Source: Candidatus Limenecus sp. (GTDB lineage: Bacteria; Cyanobacteriota; Vampirovibrionia; Gastranaerophilales; Gastranaerophilaceae). Taken from it: a DNA stretch of 64,000 nucleotides. A program made the position numbers and the translations under genes. Shown here piece by piece: positions 9,646 through 19,392 of the stretch. Position 1 is the first letter of the stretch; each line of letters opens with the position of its first letter. The notes under the pieces were generated by a model. That model had not been told where the DNA came from. It searched no databases and saw only the letters and a list, made by a program, of their open reading frames with translations. Where the stretch lies: assembly GCA_048360435.1 (NCBI GenBank), contig DBGCOP010000025.1, forward strand, positions 8,101-72,100, in the 5' to 3' direction.

Positions 9646-9936
9646 ATGCCCCAGAAGTATATAGACTCCCTTGAAAGAGATCTTGATTACTTCATCCAAG
9701 AGTACTCTATTACAGCCAGCATCTCTAAAATCCTCGTAAAATGTATCGAAAACATAGACAGAATTGACAAAGAAGACGTTTTACAGTTTGCACGTCAGAT
9801 GGATGAGAGCCTTCAATATTTGAAAGGACGTTTGACAAAAATTCATCAGGACATTTCAAACGAACAAGAAAAAACCGCTATTTTAGCAAATCAAGAACAT
9901 ATCTCTCAGAGTTCATCACTGTCTTCATCACTTTAG
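9646..9936 (+). CDS. hypothetical helical protein (96 aa)
   Basis: Strong SD (AAGGAGG) 7 nt upstream of the ATG. The last 59 nt overlap the 3' end of the convergent flagellin gene. Confidence 0.45.
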   Translation: MPQKYIDSLERDLDYFIQEYSITASISKILVKCIENIDRIDKEDVLQFARQMDESLQYLKGRLTKIHQDISNEQEKTAILANQEHISQSSSLSSSL

Positions 9937-10690
9937 CCATCGCTTCCATCGTGAATTGTGATTTTTTCATATCCATAATAGCAGAGATGTAATCCGTGTC
10001 TTGAATATCACTCAGGGACTGCATATTAGACATCATAGAAGTTGTAAGCTGGCTTGCGGCAGCGTTGAAGCTAGATTGAACAGCACCTATGTCACCCCTT
10101 TTGGAAGAAACCGAAGAAATCATCGTATCAACATTTGCCAGTGTGTCAGCAGCCGCCTGAGGGTTTGTTACATCAAAATTCATATCACCTAAAACCACAT
10201 TCGGGTCATAAGAAATTGACTGTGAATTTTCGGGGTTAACCATAAAATCCACCACCGGTGCAGCATTTGGGTTAGCCTGAGTCACTGCGTTCACGGTTTG
10301 TTTACCGTTAAAAGTTGCCTGATTTAAAGTCTGTTGAATTTGTGCAATGTTTTGATTGATTTCCTCCTGCATTGCCGCAACCTGCGAATCGGAATATATT
10401 CCGTTAGAAGCCTGTAAGCTCAACTCACGTATACGCTGGAGGGAATCAGTCACATTGCTCAAGGCTGAATCAGCTACGGCTGTGAAATTCATACCCGACT
10501 GGATATTTCCCATTGCCTTATTCGCAGCACGAATACTTGTATCAAGTCCCGAAGCCACATACATATCAGCAGGATTGACATAGCTGTTCAAGCCGGATGC
10601 GATGCTTTCAGCCGCTTTTTCAAACGTCTTTTGAGCCTGCACCATTCCTGATTGTGCTGTATATATGGGCATTACTACGTTAATCGACAA
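9878..10690 (-). CDS. fliC: flagellin (short, D0/D1-only type)
   Basis: Motifs LQRIRELSLQASNG, AAMQEEINQNIAQIQQTLNQATFNGK and a C-terminal ...YVLDLLK. TTG start with GGAG 8 nt upstream; an ATG at 10672 is the alternative. Confidence 0.85.
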   Translation of the reverse strand: MSINVVMPIYTAQSGMVQAQKTFEKAAESIASGLNSYVNPADMYVASGLDTSIRAANKAMGNIQSGMNFTAVADSALSNVTDSLQRIRELSLQASNGIYSDSQVAAMQEEINQNIAQIQQTLNQATFNGKQTVNAVTQANPNAAPVVDFMVNPENSQSISYDPNVVLGDMNFDVTNPQAAADTLANVDTMISSVSSKRGDIGAVQSSFNAAASQLTTSMMSNMQSLSDIQDTDYISAIMDMKKSQFTMEAMAKVMKTVMNSERYVLDLLK

Positions 10691-10840
10691 TTACGTACTC
10701 CATTTCTGATTTGGCAGTTCACAGCCTACACCCTAAATTATTCCACGTTTTTTTAAGAAATAAGCAAAATTTTTCTGTTTTTTTACATTTTGCAATTATT
10801 TTGTAATAAAATTTATATAGATGTTGGTAAGGATGTAAAA

Positions 10841-12289
10841 ATGGAAAACAATAAAAATCAATTGTCCGAAAAAACCCCTCAAAAATTTCCGCACAGATTC
10901 CATTTCATTGCAATAGGCGGAATAGGAATGAGCGGACTGGCAAAATATCTTCTGGAACTTGGCTGTACAGTCTCAGGCTCGGATATAAAAGCTTCGAAAT
11001 ACACAAAACAGCTGGAGGAAATGGGCGCAAAAGTATACATAGGCCACGATGCAAAATACATTGAAGAAGGAATGAACGTCGTAGCCTCAACAGCTATTAA
11101 AGACGACAACCCTGAAAAAATCAGAGCAAAAGAACTCGGAATAAAGGTTCTTCATCGTTCTGATGTTTTGAAAATGCTTTCAGAAGGGATAAATAACGAA
11201 ACTCATCAGTTTATCGGTTTTTCAGGAACTCACGGAAAAACAACAACAAGCGGACTTTGTTCTTACGTACTTGAAAAAGCAGGCTACAAACCTTCTTTTG
11301 TCGTTGGAGGAATCATCCCCGACATTCATACAAACGCGATGTCTCAAAAAGGTACGGAAGCAGGAAAATTTTTCGTCGCAGAGCTTGACGAATCAGACGG
11401 AACAATCGTCAAATATCATACAAACATCAGTGTCATAAACAACCTCGAAATGGACCATGTAGACTTTTACAAAAACGGATTTCAAGACCTTCTCGACACT
11501 TTTAAAATCCACATAAACAATATTGCTAAAGGCGGAAAAATTATAGTAAATAAAGACTGCTCAGGACTGAGAAAACTAACTGAACAAAACCCCGAAACAA
11601 AGTTCCTTACCTTTGCAATCGAAAGAGATGCTGATTATACAGCCCAAAATATAAGCTTTACAGAATTCGGCTCTGCTTTTGACGTATACAAAAACAATAC
11701 AAAAATTGTGTCACTCAAAATGGGTATACCCGGAATCCACAACATCTACAACGCACTTGCCGTTGTTTCAGCCTTGAATGAAGAAGGTATTGACCTTGAA
11801 AAAATCAGACCTCACTTTGAAACTTTCTCGGGTATGGGAAGAAGATTCCAAAAGGTAGCGGAATTTGACGGAATCAGAATTTTTGACGATTACGCACACC
11901 ACCCCACAGAAATCAAAACCACACTCGACAGCGCAAAACTGTGTGAGAAAAACAGACTTGTCGCAATCTTCCAGCCGCACAGATACACAAGGCTTAAAGG
12001 ATTGTGGAATGACTTTCTGAACAGCTTTGATGCCGTTGACAAGCTGATTGTTGTCGATGTTTATTCCGCCTCCGAAGAGCCGATTGAAGGAATAAACTCA
12101 AAAGCGTTTGTACAGGCATTCAAAGGAAAAGAAGCAGAATACATTGGCGGAAGTATGGAAAACGCAGCCGGAAAAATTATGCCGCTTCTAAAATCAGGCG
12201 ACATGGTTATTACGCTCGGTGCCGGGGACGTAACAAGAATCGGTGCGGAGCTTAAAAAACTCCATGAAGCAACAAAAACAGGGGTTTAA
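10841..12289 (+). CDS. murC: UDP-N-acetylmuramate--L-alanine ligase
   Basis: Motifs HFIAIGGIGMSGLA and GFSGTHGKTTT, with Mur ligase middle and C-terminal domains. I prefer the ATG at 10841 (MENNK, AAGGA upstream) to the TTG at 10790 in the ORF track. Confidence 0.9.
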   Translation: MENNKNQLSEKTPQKFPHRFHFIAIGGIGMSGLAKYLLELGCTVSGSDIKASKYTKQLEEMGAKVYIGHDAKYIEEGMNVVASTAIKDDNPEKIRAKELGIKVLHRSDVLKMLSEGINNETHQFIGFSGTHGKTTTSGLCSYVLEKAGYKPSFVVGGIIPDIHTNAMSQKGTEAGKFFVAELDESDGTIVKYHTNISVINNLEMDHVDFYKNGFQDLLDTFKIHINNIAKGGKIIVNKDCSGLRKLTEQNPETKFLTFAIERDADYTAQNISFTEFGSAFDVYKNNTKIVSLKMGIPGIHNIYNALAVVSALNEEGIDLEKIRPHFETFSGMGRRFQKVAEFDGIRIFDDYAHHPTEIKTTLDSAKLCEKNRLVAIFQPHRYTRLKGLWNDFLNSFDAVDKLIVVDVYSASEEPIEGINSKAFVQAFKGKEAEYIGGSMENAAGKIMPLLKSGDMVITLGAGDVTRIGAELKKLHEATKTGV

Positions 12290-12293
12290 GACT

Positions 12294-13202
12294 ATGCCCT
12301 GTGAAATGATAGAAAACTATGAACTCAAAAAACACACAACCTTTAAAATAGGCGGCTGTGCAAAAAGAGCCTTCTTTCCTTCTACAAATGAAGAAATGGC
12401 AGAACTTTTGACAGAATTGAAAAACCCTGTCATCCTCGGAGGATGCTCAAACGTGCTTATTTCGTCTCAAGGTATTGACGAAGACGTAATCCTCACAACA
12501 AAAATGAACGCATTTTCACTTGAAAAAAACATCCTCACGGCACAGTGCGGAGTCAAAGTCCCCATGCTTTCAAGAGAAGCGGAACACAACTCACTAAGCG
12601 GAATGGAATTTATGATAGGCTTCCCTGGTTCAGTCGGCGGAGCTGTTTATATGAACGCGTCTGCACATTCTCAGGCAGTTTCAGACACCTGCATTCTTTG
12701 CCATGTTTTTGACATGGAACAGAAAAAAATCCTTGAACTAAACAAGGAAGAAATGCAGTTTGGATACAGAAGTTCAATAATGCAAAAGAAAAGTTACATT
12801 CTTCTTGATGCAAAATTTGAACTCCGCCCTGCTCCAAAAGAAGAAATCACAGCAATTATGACAAGAAACCTCGAGTTTCGAAAAGGGAAACAGCCGAGCC
12901 TTGCAACACCCAATGCAGGGAGTATTTTCAGAAACCCGCCCAACGATTCGGCAGGCAGACTGCTTGAAAAAGCAGGTGTCAAAGGTTTGAAACAAGGCGG
13001 TGCACAGGTCTGGCTCGGTCATGCGAACTTTATTGTTAACGTGGAAAATGCAGATTCAAAAGATGTTTCAAATCTTATGAATAAAATGTATAATATGGTA
13101 AAAGAAAAATACACAATCGAACTTTTACCCGAAGTAAAATTTGTCGGAATAAAAAGTAAAGAAGAAGTTGAATTATGGGATACAATGTTAAACAAAAAGT
13201 AA
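12294..13202 (+). CDS. murB: UDP-N-acetylenolpyruvoylglucosamine reductase
   Basis: Motifs LKKHTTFKIGG, GGCSNVL and GSIFRNP. The ATG at 12294 lies just after the murC stop (12287-12289). Confidence 0.9.
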   Translation: MPCEMIENYELKKHTTFKIGGCAKRAFFPSTNEEMAELLTELKNPVILGGCSNVLISSQGIDEDVILTTKMNAFSLEKNILTAQCGVKVPMLSREAEHNSLSGMEFMIGFPGSVGGAVYMNASAHSQAVSDTCILCHVFDMEQKKILELNKEEMQFGYRSSIMQKKSYILLDAKFELRPAPKEEITAIMTRNLEFRKGKQPSLATPNAGSIFRNPPNDSAGRLLEKAGVKGLKQGGAQVWLGHANFIVNVENADSKDVSNLMNKMYNMVKEKYTIELLPEVKFVGIKSKEEVELWDTMLNKK

Positions 13203-14125
13203 ATACAAAAACTAAAATAGCAGTACTTATGGGCGGCCCGTCAAGTGAAGCTGAGATTTCAAGACGTTCAGGCAAAAACGTTTTCAAAGCACTGAAAAAT
13301 CTCGGTTATGAAAATGCGCAGCTGATTGAGGTTGACGAAAACCTCCCCAAAACACTTCGAGAGAAAGAAATCGAGGTAGTTTACAACGCAATGCACGGCA
13401 AATTCGGTGAAGACGGCTGCATTCAGGGAATGCTTGAAGTTATGGGTATTCCTTATACAGGCTGCGGAGTAATGGCCAGTGCTGTTTGCATGAATAAGGA
13501 ATACACAAAAAACATTTTAAAAGAAGCGGGAATTCCGCTTATCAAATCTGTACTGGTTAGAAAAGACGAGAATTACAAAGAAAAAATTCAAGAACTTTGC
13601 TATCCCTTTATGCTCAAACCTGTTTCAGAAGGTTCAAGCATAGGAATGTACAAGGTTAACAACCCTGATGAAATGGAAAAATATTTCAAAGAATCTTTGA
13701 AATGCGGTCAGGATGTTATGGTAGAAGAATACGTTCAGGGCAAAAGCCTCACAGTCGGTGTTCTTCAAGACGGTGAAAAAACTTTCGCAACAGAGATTCT
13801 CGAATTCAGAACCAAAACAGAATGGTACGATTATGAGGCAAAATATACAGCAGGAATGACAGAATTCATTCTTCCGGCTAAACTTTCAGATGAAATGACT
13901 CAAAAAGTCAAAAAAATTGCCGTTGATGCCTTCAATGCCTGTGACTGTAAAGGCGTAAGCAGGGTTGATTTTATGGTATGCGAAGACAAAGCTTATGTAC
14001 TGGAAATCAACACAAGCCCAGGAATGACTGACCTGAGCGACCTTCCCGCACAATCAAAAGCTATGGGAATAGACTATGACACACTTGTTCAAATCATTCT
14101 CAACGGTGCTTGTTTAAACAAATAA
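13175..14125 (+). CDS. ddl: D-alanine--D-alanine ligase
   Basis: Motifs IAVLMGGPSSEAEIS, HGKFGEDGCIQG, PLIKS..., SRVDFMV and LEINTSPGMT. Overlaps the end of murB by 28 nt. Confidence 0.9.
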   Translation: MGYNVKQKVNTKTKIAVLMGGPSSEAEISRRSGKNVFKALKNLGYENAQLIEVDENLPKTLREKEIEVVYNAMHGKFGEDGCIQGMLEVMGIPYTGCGVMASAVCMNKEYTKNILKEAGIPLIKSVLVRKDENYKEKIQELCYPFMLKPVSEGSSIGMYKVNNPDEMEKYFKESLKCGQDVMVEEYVQGKSLTVGVLQDGEKTFATEILEFRTKTEWYDYEAKYTAGMTEFILPAKLSDEMTQKVKKIAVDAFNACDCKGVSRVDFMVCEDKAYVLEINTSPGMTDLSDLPAQSKAMGIDYDTLVQIILNGACLNK

Positions 14126-14137
14126 AACAGCGAAAAT

Positions 14138-14992
14138 ATGCAGGACAACCATAATGACAATTTGAATATAGAACGCAGGGTTAAAATTAACCAGATGCAA
14201 AGAAACGTCAGACGCAGCAAAGAGCGCCTGAAGTGGTTTCGCTGCTGGGTTCGAATTTTTATGTGTATACTTTTGATTTTCGCTGCATATAAAGTTTACA
14301 AGCTGCCCCAGTGGTATTTGAACAAGAACATCTTCTCTTCCGCCAGCAACAATACTCTCTCGATTGTCGGAAACACAATCACCCCGACATACAGAATTCT
14401 GGCAGTGTTGAGGCAATATCCCGTACCGCAAAGACCTATATATCTTTTTAACACAACAAAAATAGAAAAAGAAATAGAAAAACTTGCCCCAATTAAAGAG
14501 GTCTATATAAAAAGGCTCTGGTTTCCGGCAAGACTCAGTATAATCATCGTCGAAAGACGTCCGATTCTGAGCATTACACCTGACCCCAAAGTACCTCCGA
14601 TTGCATTTTTTGCAGAAGGAGGAAAACTTATAGGACACGAATACATGCCTCTTAAAAATGCTGAAAACACTATCAAAGTGTTGACTTATGGTACAAAAGG
14701 CGACGATTACAGAAGCTGGGACGAAAAGAAAATAAGAAAAATCGAGACACTGGTCAGAGCAATGGAACAATTCTCGGGTGAAAAAGTTGAATATATAGAC
14801 ATGAGGAATCCGAAAGATATCTATATCAAACTTCCTCAGGTTAATGTAAGAATAGGTGAGATGAATGTAATGGCACTTTCACGTGTAAGAAACATTTCAG
14901 CCATTCTACCCCAGATTAAAACAATGAAAAAGAAAATAAAATACATTGATTTGAGATGGGAAGACACCCAGTATATTAAACTCGAGGAGTAA
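14138..14992 (+). CDS. ftsQ: cell division protein FtsQ/DivIB-like
   Basis: Basic N-terminus, one TM segment, then a POTRA-like segment (IVGNTITP...). Sits in the canonical position after ddl. Confidence 0.6.
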   Translation: MQDNHNDNLNIERRVKINQMQRNVRRSKERLKWFRCWVRIFMCILLIFAAYKVYKLPQWYLNKNIFSSASNNTLSIVGNTITPTYRILAVLRQYPVPQRPIYLFNTTKIEKEIEKLAPIKEVYIKRLWFPARLSIIIVERRPILSITPDPKVPPIAFFAEGGKLIGHEYMPLKNAENTIKVLTYGTKGDDYRSWDEKKIRKIETLVRAMEQFSGEKVEYIDMRNPKDIYIKLPQVNVRIGEMNVMALSRVRNISAILPQIKTMKKKIKYIDLRWEDTQYIKLEE

Positions 14993-14996
14993 TATT

Positions 14997-15944
14997 ATGA
15001 AAATGCTCAAACTTAATACAGGATATGAAATGCCGATTCTGGGTCTTGGAACCTGGAAAAGCGAAAAAGGCAAAGTTTATGATGCAATCCGCGAAGCAAT
15101 AAAAATCGGCTACCGCCACTTTGACTGCGCTGCTTTTTACGGAAATGAACCCGAAATAGGCGAAGCATTCGAAGATGCAATAAAAAACTGCGATGTGAAA
15201 AGAGAAGAAATTTTTGTTACCTCAAAGCTTTGGAACGACAAACATGCACCTGAGGATGTGAGAGGAGCTCTTGAACAAACACTCGCTGACTTAAGGCTTG
15301 ATTACCTTGATTTATATCTTATTCACTGGCCGGTTGCGCTGAAAAAAGGAACAGAAGAAATCACAGTTGATTCAATGATTCCATTAAAGGAACTGCCGCT
15401 TTCTTCAACCTGGAAAGAAATGGAAAAAGCTGTTGATGACAGGCTTGTAAGAAGCATAGGCGTTTCAAATTACAGCATAAAAAAACTCGAAGAAATGAAA
15501 TCATATGCCAGAATTCCTGCTGCTGTCAATCAGGTCGAATCACACCCGTTTCTTGCACAAAATGACCTTTTAGAATATGCTCAAAAACATTCCATGGTGA
15601 TTACGGCGTATGCTCCTCTTGCCTCAAGAGACAGACCGGAAGAGCTTAAAAGTGTCAATGAGCCTGCGCTTTTGGAACACCCGATTGTATTAGAAACAGC
15701 AAAAAAACACAATGCTACACCTGCGCAAATTTTAATTGCATGGCAGATAAACAGAGGCGTTGCCGTAATTCCGAAATCAACCTCGCCTGCCAGACTCAAA
15801 GAAAATTTTGAAGCAAAAGACATTGTTTTAGACCAAGAAGACATGGAAAAAATAGCCTCTTTGAACAGAGGTTTCAGATATGTAACCAGCACTGCTTTTG
15901 AGTTCAGCGAAAAGGGTTACACAAAAGAATCAATCTGGGACTAA
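14997..15944 (+). CDS. aldo/keto reductase (AKR family, aldose-reductase-like)
   Basis: Motifs LGLGTWKS, YRHFDCAAFYGNE, LDYLDLYLIHWP and IPKSTSPARL. Confidence 0.9.
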   Translation: MKMLKLNTGYEMPILGLGTWKSEKGKVYDAIREAIKIGYRHFDCAAFYGNEPEIGEAFEDAIKNCDVKREEIFVTSKLWNDKHAPEDVRGALEQTLADLRLDYLDLYLIHWPVALKKGTEEITVDSMIPLKELPLSSTWKEMEKAVDDRLVRSIGVSNYSIKKLEEMKSYARIPAAVNQVESHPFLAQNDLLEYAQKHSMVITAYAPLASRDRPEELKSVNEPALLEHPIVLETAKKHNATPAQILIAWQINRGVAVIPKSTSPARLKENFEAKDIVLDQEDMEKIASLNRGFRYVTSTAFEFSEKGYTKESIWD

Positions 15945-17290
15945 ATATCCACACCGTCCATCATCTGGATAAGAGTGCTGATTGTTGTGTCCATACTCAC
16001 AGAATCGGAAACTCTCTGCTGCAAAAAGGCATTAATCTGAGGCATCATCTCAATCGCCACATCCAGCCTCGGGTTTGAACCTGCAACATACATACCTACG
16101 TCAATCAAGTCCTTGTTCTCACGATACAAGGCCATTGCCCGTCTCATTTTTGCCGCAGCTTCCTTGTGTTCCGGTGAAGCAATAGCAGACATAAGACGTG
16201 AAATACTTCCCAAAATATCAATCGCGGGATAATGGTTCATTTCTGCAACTTTACGGCTCAAGAATATGTGACCGTCAGTGATACCACGAACCGTATCAAC
16301 GATTGGGTCATTAATATCATCACCCTCCATCAATACCGTATACAAAGCCGTGATAGAGCCTTTGGGACTGTTTCCTGCACGTTCGAGAACCTTTTGAAGC
16401 CATGAAAAAATTGAAGGAGGATAACCTTTCATTGTAGGAGGCTCGCCGATTGACAATCCGACTTCACGCCCTGCCATTGCACAACGAGTAACAGTATCCG
16501 TCATAAGGAAAACCTTCTTGCCCTGATCTCTGAAATATTCACAAACAGACGTTGCAGCCTGAAGACATTTCTGTCTGATTAAAGGAGGCTGGTCGCCTGT
16601 TGAACACACAAGCACGGATTTCTTCATCCCCTCTTCACCAAGAGAATCTTCAATAAACTCCTTTACCTCTCTTCCACGTTCTCCTATCAGAGCAACAACG
16701 TTAACATCAGCATCTGAATTTCTCGCAATCATCCCGAGCATGGTACTTTTACCAACCCCGGAACCTGCAAAAAGCCCCATACGTTGACCTGCACCCATTG
16801 TAAGAGTCGAATCTATCGCTCTGACACCTGTTGAAAACATTGTGTTAATAATCGGTCTGTCAAAAGGACTCGGAGCAGGACCGTCAATCGACACAAAATT
16901 TGCACAGGAAGTATCAAGAGGTTTTCCGTCAATTGCCTCTCCCATAGGGCTTATAAGCCTGCCAAGAAGAAACTCTCCCACAGGAAGCATAATCGGAGCC
17001 CCTGTTGTTGACACAAGGCTGCCCTGTCCGATTCCGGCTCCGTCATAAAGCAAAAGCAGCTGTGCTGTATCACCTTTAAAAGCAACAACCTCAGCAGGTT
17101 TTTTCTCGCCGAGATATGTCTCAATAAAACACAAATCACCGATTTTCAGCCCCGGAAGCTTTACCTCAACAGTAAGCCCCAGAAGCTTTGACACAGAGCC
17201 TTTATACTGATACATCGGTGTTGAGTCGATAATCTCAAAAGCTCTTTTTTTCATATATTCAATTGAACGTTCTGTCGACTGTTCTATCAT
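15941..17290 (-). CDS. fliI: flagellum-specific ATPase
   Basis: Walker A GLFAGSGVGKST and Walker B VFLMTDTVTR in 449 aa. Its stop codon overlaps the stop of the convergent AKR gene (CTAA). Confidence 0.9.
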   Translation of the reverse strand: MIEQSTERSIEYMKKRAFEIIDSTPMYQYKGSVSKLLGLTVEVKLPGLKIGDLCFIETYLGEKKPAEVVAFKGDTAQLLLLYDGAGIGQGSLVSTTGAPIMLPVGEFLLGRLISPMGEAIDGKPLDTSCANFVSIDGPAPSPFDRPIINTMFSTGVRAIDSTLTMGAGQRMGLFAGSGVGKSTMLGMIARNSDADVNVVALIGERGREVKEFIEDSLGEEGMKKSVLVCSTGDQPPLIRQKCLQAATSVCEYFRDQGKKVFLMTDTVTRCAMAGREVGLSIGEPPTMKGYPPSIFSWLQKVLERAGNSPKGSITALYTVLMEGDDINDPIVDTVRGITDGHIFLSRKVAEMNHYPAIDILGSISRLMSAIASPEHKEAAAKMRRAMALYRENKDLIDVGMYVAGSNPRLDVAIEMMPQINAFLQQRVSDSVSMDTTISTLIQMMDGVDI

Positions 17291-17292
17291 AT

Positions 17293-19392
17293 CTATTGTC
17301 CGTATTCAGGTGCATACATTTCACCGATTGTATCAACAGCCTCAACCTTGATATCAGTAATCAATTCGCTGTATGAAATGACAACAATCGTCGGAATATG
17401 TCTTTCAAGAAGCTGATACAAAGGCAGTCTGATTCTCGGAGAACAAAGAATAACAGGCTGTCTGCCGACAGTCTGGTGTGCTCTCATTAAAGTAGAAGCT
17501 GTTGTTTCAATAAGCTCCTGTACTTGCATCGGGTTTAACAGGAACATAGTTCCAAGCTCGGTTCTCTGACAGCTGTCATCAAGTGTTTTTTCCCATTCGC
17601 TTGAAAGCGTAAGTGCATAAAGAACTTTGTCCTCGGTTGTATTCGAAAGACAAATCTGTCTGCCCAAAGCTGCTCTGATACGCTCTGAAAGAATATCCGG
17701 CTCTTTTGAAAATCTCGCATAATCACAAAGTCTCTCAAAGATAAAGATAATATCCTTAATCGAAACCTTTTCACGAATAAGGTTAACAAAGATTTTTCTC
17801 AAATCGCTTGTTGAAATAATAGTCGGAATAAGGTCATTGACAAGTGTCGGGTCTTGAGACTTAACAAGTTCCATAAGCTTCAATACATCAGTTTTTGTCA
17901 TAACTTCATCAACATATTTTCTTACACACTCTTGAAGGTGTGTAACAATTACATCAACGGAATCGACTGCCGTGAGGTGGTCGCTTTCATCAATCTGAGA
18001 CAAGTCAACCCAATAGGCCTGAGCCTGATAAGTCGGATCTATGTTAACAATACAATCCGCAGGAGTCTGTTTGCCTGTTGCATCCCACTGGTCAGCAATA
18101 ACCATAAGTTTTCCGGGGTAAACAAAACCTGTTGCAACTTTGTTGCCTCTGATAGAAATCAAATATTCATTCGCATCAAGAGCAGAAGAATCCATGATTC
18201 TTATGTTTGGAATAATATAACCGAGTTCATCAGTAACACGCTGACGTAATGCAGCAATTTTTGCAAGCAGCTGGCCTTCCTGATCAGGATCGGCAATCGG
18301 AAGCAAACCTGAACCGACCTGCAAACTCAAAACGTCTACGCCCAAACGTTCATACATTTTGTTCGGGTTAACAAGGTCCTGCATATTCTGTTTAACATTT
18401 TCGAGCTGTCCGAGTTGTGCCTGAACATCCTGATTAACAAGAACAGAAAATGCTGCAATAATCAAAATTACCGAGAACAGCAGGAACGGGAAGAACGGCA
18501 GCCCTGTCCAGTGGCCTGTGAAGGCAATCAAGAGCAAAAATGCAACCGCACAGAACAAACTCATCGGCTTGCTCAAAATCTGTCCTGCAACATCAGCAGC
18601 CAAACTCGGACTTGCTGCTGAAGCACGGGTCATAACGATACCTGCTGAAACCGCCATCAAGAGCGAAGGAACTTGAGATGACAAACCGTCACCGATTGTC
18701 AAAACCGTATATTTCGATACAGCATCTCCGACAGGTAAACCCTGCTGCAAAACACCAATGCACAAACCGCCCACAATATTGATGATTACAATGATGATAC
18801 CTGCCATGGTATCACCTTTTACAAACTTCATAGCACCATCCATTGAACCAAACAGAGCAGATTCTCTTTGAAGATCCTCACGTCTTTTAACAGCTTCATC
18901 AGGAGATATCAAACCTGCATTGAAGTCAGCATCAATGGTCATCTGCTTACCGGGCATCGCATCCAATGCAAACCTTGCTGATACTTCCGCAATACGTTCC
19001 GCACCTTTTGTGATTACCATAAACTGTACAATCGTAATGATAATAAAGATAACACCGCCAACAACCATATTTCCGCCGGTTACAAAGGTTCCGAAAGCGT
19101 GAATCGTAGCCCCGGCTTCACCTTTTGCAAGAATCAGTCTCGTTGATGCAATCCCGAGCACGAGCCTGTACATCGTTCCGATAAGAATAATAGACGGAAA
19201 TGCAGCAAGTTCAAGCGGTTTTTGGATATACAAAGATATCATCAAAAGCACAATACCGAGCGTGATATTCAAAGCAATCGAAAAGTCGATTACCCAGTTC
19301 GGAACTTCAATAAGCAAGATAAGTATCAGGACAACAACGAATGCCGCCAGACCGAGTTCTGTTATTGAATTTGAACCTTGTGCTCCTGCCAT
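17293..19392 (-). CDS. flhA: flagellar type III export gate protein
   Basis: 699 aa. Typical N-terminal TM region (FPSIILIGTMYRLVLGIASTRLIL, FVKGD) and a cytoplasmic C-domain. TAATG overlap with the fliH stop. Confidence 0.95.
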   Translation of the reverse strand: MAGAQGSNSITELGLAAFVVVLILILLIEVPNWVIDFSIALNITLGIVLLMISLYIQKPLELAAFPSIILIGTMYRLVLGIASTRLILAKGEAGATIHAFGTFVTGGNMVVGGVIFIIITIVQFMVITKGAERIAEVSARFALDAMPGKQMTIDADFNAGLISPDEAVKRREDLQRESALFGSMDGAMKFVKGDTMAGIIIVIINIVGGLCIGVLQQGLPVGDAVSKYTVLTIGDGLSSQVPSLLMAVSAGIVMTRASAASPSLAADVAGQILSKPMSLFCAVAFLLLIAFTGHWTGLPFFPFLLFSVILIIAAFSVLVNQDVQAQLGQLENVKQNMQDLVNPNKMYERLGVDVLSLQVGSGLLPIADPDQEGQLLAKIAALRQRVTDELGYIIPNIRIMDSSALDANEYLISIRGNKVATGFVYPGKLMVIADQWDATGKQTPADCIVNIDPTYQAQAYWVDLSQIDESDHLTAVDSVDVIVTHLQECVRKYVDEVMTKTDVLKLMELVKSQDPTLVNDLIPTIISTSDLRKIFVNLIREKVSIKDIIFIFERLCDYARFSKEPDILSERIRAALGRQICLSNTTEDKVLYALTLSSEWEKTLDDSCQRTELGTMFLLNPMQVQELIETTASTLMRAHQTVGRQPVILCSPRIRLPLYQLLERHIPTIVVISYSELITDIKVEAVDTIGEMYAPEYGQ

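Noticed and set aside
10790-10840. N-terminal extensions suggested by the ORF track (murC from 10790, murB from 12243, hydrolase from 25057, helicase from 28845, M16 from 51056, coaBC from 56444, secreted protein from 58333).
   Set aside because: The extensions overlap the upstream gene or add non-homologous residues. Internal ATG codons that have SD-like sequences and lie just after the upstream stop fit the conserved N-termini better.
14114-14770. 218-aa ORF antisense to ftsQ. Similar long antisense or alternative-frame ORFs occur at 1791-2189, 5016-5441, 33847-34416, 35389-35829, 36208-36810, 45626-46042 and 45628-46026.
   Set aside because: All lie entirely inside well-supported genes (ftsQ, maf, mfd, dnaE, fliP). 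They have Phe/Cys/Lys-rich low-complexity translations typical of antisense frames in AT-rich DNA, and they lack ribosome-binding sites.
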